A DNA stretch of 11,090 nucleotides from the IMG/VR virus record IMGVR_UViG_2737471840_000003, positions 1 through 11,090 of that record, one strand, 5' to 3'. Positions 1 to 6,426 of the stretch are shown in pieces. A program made the translations under genes and the position numbers. The first letter of the stretch is position 1. Each line of letters opens with the position of its first letter. The stretch is from a virus. Taxonomy: Duplodnaviria > Heunggongvirae > Uroviricota > Caudoviricetes. The notes below the pieces were generated by a model. That model searched no databases. It was not told the DNA's origin and worked only from the letters and a program-made list of their open reading frames with translations.

Positions 1-104
1 AATCATTCCCACTCAATTATTTACGAACAACATAACCAATTGACTGGTAACAACTTTCTTAAATATGATTTTTACCGTACCGTTTTATATACCGTCACCG
101 GAAA

Positions 105-593
105 TCAGTGACCCGCTTTCAGGGAGTCGTACTGTCGCTCGCATGTGAGTCCTGCAGACCGATATCGCTCAGCCTCTTCTGCTGTTGCGTTGTAAACTCG
201 GTTGCTTTCTTCAAGCATGTCGGCGAGCACACCGATGACCTTGCTGGCTGGCGTGCCAGTGGGGAAAGATCCGGTATAGTGTTCGGCGAGTCGCTTGGTT
301 TTGTCAAGCTCGGCGCGCAGGCCGTCAGCAGCGGCATTAGCATGCTCAGCGTCAACACGCGCCACATCGATACGGGATTGTGCTTCACGTTCAATTTTCG
401 TCTTCTCCTGATCACGTTGTGACCTGGCCTTATCATCAGCCTGTTTCTGGTCTGCCTGCGCCTGCGCATATCCGGCGTCGTACTGGCGGCTTCCATGAAT
501 ATTCCAGGCAACCATGCCGATGACCACCAGCGCAGCAAGCATTGCCACTATAAGCAACTGTTTCCAGTATGCTTTGACGAATTCCCAGATCAT
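105..593 (-). CDS. Putative Rz-type i-spanin (inner-membrane spanin subunit)
   Basis: 162-aa ORF directly after the endolysin; ATG at 593 overlaps the endolysin stop as ATGA (590..593). It has an N-terminal hydrophobic segment ([18 protein letters not shown]) followed by a charged, coiled-coil-like region rich in Q/A/D/K/R/E, and another ORF with a lipobox is embedded in a second frame. Possible SD AAGG 9 nt upstream. Confidence 0.7.
   Translation of the reverse strand: MIWEFVKAYWKQLLIVAMLAALVVIGMVAWNIHGSRQYDAGYAQAQADQKQADDKARSQRDQEKTKIEREAQSRIDVARVDAEHANAAADGLRAELDKTKRLAEHYTGSFPTGTPASKVIGVLADMLEESNRVYNATAEEAERYRSAGLTCERQYDSLKAGH
119..367 (-). CDS. Putative Rz1-type o-spanin (outer-membrane lipoprotein), embedded in Rz in another frame
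   Basis: ATG at 367..365 opens [17 protein letters not shown]: a short basic n-region, a hydrophobic core and a lipobox-like LTAC. The mature part begins Cys-APSLTKPSDSPNTIPDLSPLARQP and is proline-rich. It lies wholly inside the Rz ORF, as in lambda Rz/Rz1. The start is uncertain (alternative Met codons at 343 and 337) and there is no clear SD. Confidence 0.5.
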   Translation of the reverse strand: MWRVLTLSMLMPLLTACAPSLTKPSDSPNTIPDLSPLARQPARSSVCSPTCLKKATEFTTQQQKRLSDIGLQDSHASDSTTP

Positions 594-1216
594 AACAGCG
601 CCTTACGGGCAGCACCGTAACGCGTCCGCCGGTCGTCGATACCGTTCTGTCCACCGTTAATGATCTGCGTGACGCGAACCAGGTCACCTGTGTACTTCAT
701 GCAGCCTTTGGTGGCGAAGAACCACGCCGCGCTACGAGCCGCGTATTCGTCCTGCGCCAGCAGTTCAGGATTCTCCAGCAAGTCAACTTTCAAGCCGTTT
801 CCGCAGTCACGATAGTTATTCAAACCGGTAATCTGGATAAGTCCGCGACCTCGGTAATTCCAGCCATCGCCGGGGGCATTGTTCCCCATGCGTTTGCTGT
901 ACACCAGATTGGCGATCGCTCGCTGGCGCTCGAGTGGCAATGGTGGCTCACCAGCACGTCGCCCCAGTGCATTAGCCTGCCCCTGAGTGAGACGCCCAGC
1001 CCGAACGAAGTTAGCCAGTCCGCTGACGCTGTAGTTGAAATTCTCCTGCAACCGGGTGAAGCCCACAGACTCATGCCCGACCTGAGCAATAAACATTGCC
1101 AGATCTTCTGGTTTGCTGATACCAAACTCTTTCATCGCAGAAGTTATATGCGAGAACCAGCGTGCGGCCAGCGCCTCGCTAATACCAGCAGCTCGCTGGA
1201 ATTGTTTAATCTCCAT
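590..1216 (-). CDS. Endolysin, glycoside hydrolase family 19 (chitinase-like lysozyme)
   Basis: The translation from ATG at 1216 begins [53 protein letters not shown], which matches the N-terminal pattern I recall for phage GH19 endolysins (QF..A.G.S...A..W...L..AM.EF.I.....A.F.AQ..HES..F), followed by [18 protein letters not shown] lies 6 nt upstream. The track ORF 590..1381 starts at a TTG and its first 55 codons overlap the upstream membrane-protein gene, so I shortened it. Confidence 0.9.
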   Translation of the reverse strand: MEIKQFQRAAGISEALAARWFSHITSAMKEFGISKPEDLAMFIAQVGHESVGFTRLQENFNYSVSGLANFVRAGRLTQGQANALGRRAGEPPLPLERQRAIANLVYSKRMGNNAPGDGWNYRGRGLIQITGLNNYRDCGNGLKVDLLENPELLAQDEYAARSAAWFFATKGCMKYTGDLVRVTQIINGGQNGIDDRRTRYGAARKALL

Positions 1217-1514
1217 GTTTAGACCTCGATATTTTGAAAATCTGAACAACGTTACCGCGTGTTTTAATAACCGCGGCAAGCATGACAGCGTTGATAATGA
1301 CCTCAGATAAATCCACAGCCATTGGCGTGCGTAACCAGATTGCATAAGCGACACGAACTGGAATGCTGGCCGCAGCAACAATCAGGAAATAAGCAAGCCA
1401 CCCACCCCATCGCCTGTGTTGAGAACCGTTTCTCCGAAATGTGGCAACTCGAACTGCTATACCGGCGCAAATAACCGCATTGGTGGTAAGCAAAAAAAGC
1501 TCATGAGTTACCAT
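1206..1514 (-). CDS. Small membrane protein, putative holin (lysis cassette)
   Basis: 102 aa with an ATG start at 1514 and a strong SD (GGGGAG about 8 nt upstream). It has 2-3 hydrophobic segments ([51 protein letters not shown]) and a charged C-terminus. Its 3' end overlaps the endolysin start by 11 nt. The function is assigned from position and topology only. Confidence 0.65.
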   Translation of the reverse strand: MVTHELFLLTTNAVICAGIAVRVATFRRNGSQHRRWGGWLAYFLIVAAASIPVRVAYAIWLRTPMAVDLSEVIINAVMLAAVIKTRGNVVQIFKISRSKHGD

Positions 1515-1905
1515 CGTCTTTTCTCCCCGGAATTAACTCGCGTGGATTATCGGAACGGTGATAGAGCCAGATCCCAATTCGCACAGCGACGATTGCTGAC
1601 ACAAATGCACCGGCAGAGAAAACAATCCCTTTCTCGAAAGAATCCTGTGTGATTGTAGGGATCAGGCTGGCTATGCCGATAAGAATTGATGCTGCTGGTT
1701 TGTAGAATAGAAGTCCGCAGAGAAAGCTAAGCATCGACAAGAGCACGCGACGACGAATTGGATACTCAACGGCAGAGGTAATAAATATTACCGCGCCGGA
1801 TAAAGCACCAAGAGCGACCTCTGGAGGAACCCCGGCAATGACAGCAGCCAGAGAACCCATGCTAAGCCACTGATTTAAAGACTCACTGGTTAGCTGAGCT
1901 GACAT
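1501..1905 (-). CDS. Membrane protein, putative holin or antiholin partner (lysis cassette)
   Basis: The track ORF 1501..1914 starts at GTG; the first ATG is at 1905 with GGTGG 5 nt upstream, giving 134 aa. It has about four hydrophobic segments and a charged C-terminal tail ([19 protein letters not shown]). A second Met at residue 16 (MGSLAAV..) sits just before the first TM segment. It overlaps the next membrane-protein gene by 14 nt. Confidence 0.55.
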   Translation of the reverse strand: MSAQLTSESLNQWLSMGSLAAVIAGVPPEVALGALSGAVIFITSAVEYPIRRRVLLSMLSFLCGLLFYKPAASILIGIASLIPTITQDSFEKGIVFSAGAFVSAIVAVRIGIWLYHRSDNPRELIPGRKDDGNS

Positions 1906-2001
1906 ATCAGCCACCGTTTACTGTGCATAATGAACCCCCTTAGTTGGTAAGTCCATCATACACAATAAACCATATATGGATAAGTTTACCTCGGATAACT
2001 C

Positions 2002-2030
2002 TTAACTAAATTACCTTATGGGTATATATT
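2002..2030 (+). promoter_or_regulatory. Candidate sigma70-type promoter for the acyltransferase gene
   Basis: TTAACT (2002..2007), a 17-nt spacer, then TATATT (2025..2030), about 50 nt upstream of ATG 2079 in a very AT-rich divergent intergenic region. Hexamer matching only, and AT-rich DNA gives many chance matches. Confidence 0.3.
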
Positions 2031-2078
2031 GTAGTTAATGATTGTGGAACCCATTAAAAATATTGGATAAATATTAAA

Positions 2079-3068
2079 ATGAATGAGAAGAACTATGGTG
2101 TAGTTTTAGCTCGTTTCATCGCCATTGTGCTGGTGGTGTTGCTGCATGTTGCTGCTGGTCCAGTTGGTGCAAAGTCTTCGCCTGATTGGGATTGGGCTAA
2201 CGTATATAGTGCCATATCAAAGCAATGCATTGGTATTTTCATAGTTATAACAGGGTTTCTTTACTACCATAAAAAGAAATTCGAATTCTATGATTACATT
2301 AAAAAGGGGTTTAATGTATTATTTGTCCCTCTTGTATTTTGGTGGGTAATATATGCATCTTATTACATTATATTTAAAGATGCTTCCGTAAGCAGCTTTA
2401 ATATTATGAAGCCATCTGCTGTCCATCTATGGTTTATGTATCATTATATTGCGATTTACATGTTTCTCCCGATGATAATTATTGGATGCCAACGCATGGA
2501 TTTGCGGTATAACGTGATGATATTTTTAATTCTATTCTATGGGAATTCTGTACACCCACAGCTAAAGAATTTCATTCCTAATGCACCATCTATAGATATT
2601 CCATTTGTAAGTACATTAATGTTCTATATTTTTGCCGGATGTATAGTTGCAAGACTTGAAAGCCATATCATAAAATTACGCGCTTTCATTTCGTTAACTG
2701 CTGTTATCCTTGCGGTTATATGTGTCTTTACAAATAAGGCTATATTGATTCATGGGATCAAAGGAGTAAACCTAAGCAACTTTAGCCCCATTGTTGGCAT
2801 GACAGCAATAGCAACAACCTGCGCCTGCATTGGATACGCAGACAGAATAAGCAAAAATGCAAATAAACTTGTAACTCTAATTTCCGAATATGCATTTGGA
2901 ATTTATCTTATACATCCTATTATTATATTTATAACATGGAAAATAGCTCCAGTATCAAATTATGCATGGGGAATACCTGTTGCAACTATATTTTATGTCT
3001 TTGCGTCCATGTTGATAGCTGTGATACTTTCAAAAACTCCTTTGTTAAATAGGGTGATAGCCAAGTAA
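2079..3068 (+). CDS. Acyltransferase family 3 integral membrane protein, probable O-antigen/polysaccharide O-acetyltransferase (lysogenic-conversion moron)
   Basis: 329-aa ORF that is hydrophobic throughout, with about 10 predicted TM segments. The N-terminus (YGVVLARFIAIVLVVLLHVAAGP) carries the conserved Arg and His positions I associate with acyltransferase-3 enzymes. Its length is close to short phage Oac-type acetylases. It lies on the opposite strand to all flanking phage genes, is very AT-rich (about 27-32% GC on hand-counted lines), and ends at a bidirectional terminator. Confidence 0.8.
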   Translation: MNEKNYGVVLARFIAIVLVVLLHVAAGPVGAKSSPDWDWANVYSAISKQCIGIFIVITGFLYYHKKKFEFYDYIKKGFNVLFVPLVFWWVIYASYYIIFKDASVSSFNIMKPSAVHLWFMYHYIAIYMFLPMIIIGCQRMDLRYNVMIFLILFYGNSVHPQLKNFIPNAPSIDIPFVSTLMFYIFAGCIVARLESHIIKLRAFISLTAVILAVICVFTNKAILIHGIKGVNLSNFSPIVGMTAIATTCACIGYADRISKNANKLVTLISEYAFGIYLIHPIIIFITWKIAPVSNYAWGIPVATIFYVFASMLIAVILSKTPLLNRVIAK

Positions 3069-3097
3069 AAAAAAAGCCCCTCTACGGGGCATTTTTT
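3067..3097. terminator. Bidirectional rho-independent terminator between convergent acyltransferase and tailspike genes
   Basis: An A-run (3067..3075), a stem GCCCC (3076..3080) / GGGGC (3086..3090) with loop TCTAC, then a T-run (3092..3097). It reads as hairpin plus U-tract on both strands. It overlaps both stop codons. Confidence 0.65.
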
Positions 3098-5780
3098 AAA
3101 TAGCAGAAATAATGAAACATAACATCTCATCATATCTCAAAGAGTAACCATCACCAGCTTCGCAACCTGAGAATGTCATGATTCCATTTTCATCATATTC
3201 TGGTTCCTTCTTATCCCACTTATCGTAGCAAACCATCCCATAACGCATGGGATCTAGCCCTTCATCCTCGAACGCAGAGATAACATCCTGGACAATTGCA
3301 CCTATATGATATCTTGCGCCATCGCCTTTAATAGCTACCGCATCCTTCATTCTGTACCGACAAATCATTCCCTTAATCTTGATAGCCACGCGCTTTTCGG
3401 CTTCACTTATATCCTCGAAATCTGTCTTCTTTCTTCTGTCAGATGTGTTAATGGAACCAGAATCGGCGTAGACCTGAGTCCATTTAAATGATGCACTCCC
3501 GTTAGACTGCGCGCTAGCGACGCCAGGCAATACCTGATCACTGTAAATCTGAAGAGATTGAGTCCCACCACTTTCACTTGTCACTGTCGGATTTGTGAAG
3601 AAGAAAATAGCATTAGGGTTTAAAGTACCCCCTGAGCCGATAACAAGAGGCGTAGAGGTACCGGTATAGTTTATTTGAGCGATGCCAACTTCTTTTCCTG
3701 TTGACGTTGTAAATGATATTTTGCCTAAACCACCTGAATTATTAATATTAAGCTTTGTTCCTGACAATGAGCGCCTTGTAGCTGTCCATGACCCAATGCT
3801 GCCAACTACGGAATAAATTTCTAGCCCAAGTACAGTACCGGAGGATTCAATAATGAATCCTGCATTGTTCAGATTAGTAACATGGTAAATTTGTCCTGTT
3901 ACGTAGTTAAGACCAGGTATCGTGGTGAGCGAAGGAGCAATGGTTGAAAACCAAGAGAACTCAGTTATGTTTAATGAAGCCATTAAATCAAGAATTTGAG
4001 AAACACTGCTGAAGACTGTATTTAAGACTGGATCGCGCAATTCCCCACGCTCCGAACGCATGAGCCTATTAAATCCATATGTTGGGAGAGGACAATATCC
4101 GGAAGCGGCATCCAGCATGTTAAATCCATCCCGTGAAAACTCCCTCATTATAACAATGCCATTGGGTGTGCTAGGAGATGATTCAGCCATATCACCGATA
4201 AGAATTGAATGGATAGTGCCGTCAGGGTGCTTGAAACATCCCTCTGACTCTGTTCTTGAGACGGTGCAACCGTTTGATGCCAGATAAGTCATCAACTTAT
4301 CTGATTTCACAACAGAGTGGTCTATTAACTCACCAGAGAGTGACACTCTGAGGACTCCGTAATCATGAACAGGGTATTTTGCATCATCAAATGTAGGACG
4401 ATAACTGCCACCTACGCCTATATGAAGGATCCCATTTTTGTATGCTATACCCTGAATTTTCCATACCATGTAATAGTAGGTAGGGGAGAGCTCTGGAGTT
4501 GCAAACCCTGTAAGCATCTGAGAGACATTTATTGTTCCCTGCTTCTCACCTGTATCAAGACGATAAGAATTTATAACAGTCTGTGATTGTGACAATCCTA
4601 CTGGTGTCGCGTTTAATGTGCAGAAGAGTAAATTACCATCAATGCACATATGTGATCCAGCCGACTGAATTGTCGTTATTGTGTGCCCTGAAAGCGTGCT
4701 ACCTGCTGCGGGTAATGTGGTTATGTCATAATAATAAACAAAATCATCCCCAAGACGTCTGTCATACAATCTACGTGATGAACTTCCGCCATATATAGCC
4801 ACAGACTGATTACTACTGTTTGGACTATAAAACCACGTTACTTGCTCTCCTGCCTGGTTATAAACAACTATAACCCTAAGCGCCCCTCCAGCATTAGGCA
4901 CATAGTTAATGAAGAGTAGACCATCATCATCATAGTCAGCACCCTGCGGGTATATGATGCTTCCAGCTCCAATTGCCGCCAGTGCATCAGAATACCCATC
5001 GAACTGAAATGGAAGTTTGTAGATTATTTTTTTCCTGAAATTCTGATCTTTAATGGCACTACCAACAGTACCGTCAGGATACTGGATAGAATCGCTATAA
5101 CCTGATAACCCGGCACCTGTTGGTTTCACTAATTCAACAAGAACATCAGTGGCAGAACCAGATGGCGGCAATGTTACAAAAGGAGACCCACTATTATCGA
5201 AGGCTATTATCTTGTTCGCCCTGACAGCGGCAGATGGAAGTGTGGGTATAGGTTCAGGTGTTCTTAGCGTTCTGTTGAGATTGGTTTCAGAAATACTGTC
5301 TACATAGTTCTTTGTAGCAGCATCTTGCGGCCGAGATGGATCCCTGAGATTTCTGATATAGTTGCCCAGGGCGTCATAATAGTTGGCTACAAAGGATGGT
5401 TTTCTTAACGACAGACTAAACCAACTTCTTACCTGCTGAACAAGCATAGTTAACTTATCAAATGCATCCTCATGCACTTCTGCAAAAAACTTCCCCTGGT
5501 TCCTTAGGTCTGTTTCTTGGGTAACCGGCAACTCTCTTGAAATAGAAATCTTATACCCATTGCCTAAAGCAGTTGATAAAACAACATTCCCCCCCGTGTA
5601 TCCACCAGTACCTGTAATCGAATAATCAGTATCAAGCACAAGAGTGGTTATATTTTCATCCAGATCAACAACCTGCACAACCAGGTCTGACTTCTGAAAA
5701 ATTCGAAAGGTATAAGGAAATGAAGTCGTAACGCCATTACCTGTATATTCGTTATGGTCAACTTCGGTTGAGACCGTCAT
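3096..5780 (-). CDS. Tailspike / tail fibre protein with C-terminal intramolecular chaperone (peptidase S74-like) domain
   Basis: 894-aa ORF with ATG at 5780 and SD GGAG 9 nt upstream. The N-terminal roughly 120 aa (MTVSTEVDHNEYTGNGVTTSFPYTFRIFQKSDLVVQVVD...) resemble the conserved particle-binding module of epsilon15-like tailspikes as I recall it. The C-terminal 115 aa begin SDRRKKTDFEDIS and contain YHIGAIVQDV, which fits the S74 autoproteolytic chaperone pattern. The central part is Ser/Thr/Gly/Asn-rich and looks beta-rich. Confidence 0.9.
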   Translation of the reverse strand: MTVSTEVDHNEYTGNGVTTSFPYTFRIFQKSDLVVQVVDLDENITTLVLDTDYSITGTGGYTGGNVVLSTALGNGYKISISRELPVTQETDLRNQGKFFAEVHEDAFDKLTMLVQQVRSWFSLSLRKPSFVANYYDALGNYIRNLRDPSRPQDAATKNYVDSISETNLNRTLRTPEPIPTLPSAAVRANKIIAFDNSGSPFVTLPPSGSATDVLVELVKPTGAGLSGYSDSIQYPDGTVGSAIKDQNFRKKIIYKLPFQFDGYSDALAAIGAGSIIYPQGADYDDDGLLFINYVPNAGGALRVIVVYNQAGEQVTWFYSPNSSNQSVAIYGGSSSRRLYDRRLGDDFVYYYDITTLPAAGSTLSGHTITTIQSAGSHMCIDGNLLFCTLNATPVGLSQSQTVINSYRLDTGEKQGTINVSQMLTGFATPELSPTYYYMVWKIQGIAYKNGILHIGVGGSYRPTFDDAKYPVHDYGVLRVSLSGELIDHSVVKSDKLMTYLASNGCTVSRTESEGCFKHPDGTIHSILIGDMAESSPSTPNGIVIMREFSRDGFNMLDAASGYCPLPTYGFNRLMRSERGELRDPVLNTVFSSVSQILDLMASLNITEFSWFSTIAPSLTTIPGLNYVTGQIYHVTNLNNAGFIIESSGTVLGLEIYSVVGSIGSWTATRRSLSGTKLNINNSGGLGKISFTTSTGKEVGIAQINYTGTSTPLVIGSGGTLNPNAIFFFTNPTVTSESGGTQSLQIYSDQVLPGVASAQSNGSASFKWTQVYADSGSINTSDRRKKTDFEDISEAEKRVAIKIKGMICRYRMKDAVAIKGDGARYHIGAIVQDVISAFEDEGLDPMRYGMVCYDKWDKKEPEYDENGIMTFSGCEAGDGYSLRYDEMLCFIISAI
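3099..3443 (-). other. Predicted S74-type autocleaving chaperone domain of the tailspike (C-terminal 115 codons)
   Basis: Begins at the Ser codon (3441..3443) of the SDRRKK motif and runs to the last sense codon. By analogy with endosialidase and T5 L-shaped fibre chaperone domains, cleavage is expected at this Ser. Confidence 0.6.
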
Positions 5781-5834
5781 GTTAAATCTCCAGATAGTCG
5801 CAGCACCCGTTGCGCCGCATATCCGGTTATTCTA

Positions 5835-5899
5835 TTACCTGAAAAACCACATATGGATAGATAAACCATAAATACGAACAGATATTACCTTTCAGGTGA
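5835..5899. promoter_or_regulatory. Inverted-repeat element in the divergent intergenic region upstream of the tailspike
   Basis: TTACCTGAAA (5835..5844) and TTTCAGGTGA (5890..5899) are inverted 10-bp arms with one mismatch, 45 bp apart. The right arm also forms a local hairpin ACCT-TTC-AGGT (5887..5897). They sit 55-120 nt upstream of the tailspike ATG. Function unknown. Confidence 0.3.
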
Positions 5900-5975
5900 T
5901 TCGCAAAACGTGCTGGATAGCAAACAAATTATTTGCTACTGTATAAATATACAGTTATTGCATGGAGAAGATAAG

Positions 5976-6233
5976 ATGCAGCAGTATCACTATCCACTGG
6001 AAGACGGATTTACCGAAAGGATTCACACGCCGGGAGGCGTCAGGTCACTGGTGGAGGGATCGCACTTGATGAAATTACTCCGGGATCTCGATAAGGATGG
6101 ATTTAATGTCGATGGCCCACTTGCCGAACTGACTGCACTGATTAACTACGTCACCAGCTCACAGATGTCTATGCAGGATCTGCAAACACATCTCGACTAT
6201 TGTGCCGAACAATTACGAAAACAAATCCGGTAA
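5976..6233 (+). CDS. Hypothetical small protein (85 aa), orphan plus-strand gene between virion genes and tailspike
   Basis: ATG at 5976 with SD GGAG 8 nt upstream. The track ORF 5910..6233 starts at GTG with an implausible N-terminus. A TGTATAAAT element at 5940..5948 is -10-like. GC content matches the phage core (34/60 on line 6001). Stop TAA is at 6231..6233, followed by the hairpin at 6241..6256. I recognise no family for MQQYHYPLEDGFTERIHTPGGVRSLVEG.... Confidence 0.5.
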   Translation: MQQYHYPLEDGFTERIHTPGGVRSLVEGSHLMKLLRDLDKDGFNVDGPLAELTALINYVTSSQMSMQDLQTHLDYCAEQLRKQIR

Positions 6234-6240
6234 ATTTAAG

Positions 6241-6256
6241 GGCCGCGAAAGCGGCC
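6241..6256. terminator. GC-rich hairpin, probable terminator for the convergent small genes and the upstream virion operon
   Basis: GGCCGC-GAAA-GCGGCC is a perfect 6-bp stem with a GNRA-type loop. On the minus strand it is followed by CTTAAATTT, a weak U-tract; there is no T-run on the plus strand. It lies between the stop of the 85-aa plus-strand ORF and the stop of the 46-aa minus-strand ORF. Confidence 0.4.
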
Positions 6257-6276
6257 TGTGACATGTCACACTCAAG

Positions 6277-6417
6277 CTATGACAAACCTATGTACCCTGC
6301 TACACCAGATAATATCAAAACAACTGCTACAGCAAATTCACCGTCTTCAATGATACATTTACGATTCATAACGCCAAGGGCAACAAGCACAAATACAACA
6401 AGAATAAAAGCAATCAT
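6277..6417 (-). CDS. Unannotated 46-aa two-TM membrane peptide (not in the ORF track)
   Basis: ATG at 6417 with SD AAGGA 6 nt upstream; the SD overlaps the TAA stop of the 824-aa gene (minus strand reads CCGCAA-TAA-GGATGAGAA-ATG). My hand translation is MIAFILVVFVLVALGVMNRKCIIEDGEFAVAVVLILSGVAGYIGLS, with stop TAG at 6279..6277. It shows two hydrophobic segments separated by a short charged loop (NRKCIIEDGE). Confidence 0.4.
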   Translation of the reverse strand: MIAFILVVFVLVALGVMNRKCIIEDGEFAVAVVLILSGVAGYIGLS

Positions 6418-6426
6418 TTCTCATCC

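Noticed and set aside
119-538. Full 139-aa ORF in the alternative frame of Rz
   Set aside because: The N-terminal 57 codons are Arg-rich, non-protein-like sequence. Only the part from the Met that precedes the lipobox (119..367) is retained, as Rz1.
590-1381. Long 263-aa version of the endolysin ORF as given in the track
   Set aside because: It starts at a TTG, and its first 55 codons ([20 protein letters not shown]...) are low-plausibility sequence overlapping the upstream membrane-protein gene in another frame. The GH19 N-terminal signature begins at the ATG at 1216, which has an SD.
108-1652. Plus-strand and off-frame ORFs across the lysis cassette (108..422, 436..687, 820..1125, 1113..1310, 1416..1652)
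   Set aside because: They are antisense or off-frame to the well-supported Rz, endolysin and holin genes, with no ribosome-binding sites. Chance ORFs.
3306-4798. Four plus-strand ORFs (61-75 aa) antisense within the tailspike gene
   Set aside because: They are short, lack SD sequences, are antisense to a long well-supported gene, and their composition is typical of chance ORFs in AT-rich DNA.
5910-6233. 107-aa version of the small plus-strand ORF
   Set aside because: It starts at GTG with no SD and an odd Cys/Ile-rich leader. The internal ATG at 5976 has a well-spaced GGAG and gives a more plausible N-terminus.
6257-6270. CRP binding site
   Set aside because: The half-sites TGTGA/TCACA are present, but the spacer is 4 bp instead of the canonical 6 bp. 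It is kept only as a generic palindrome.
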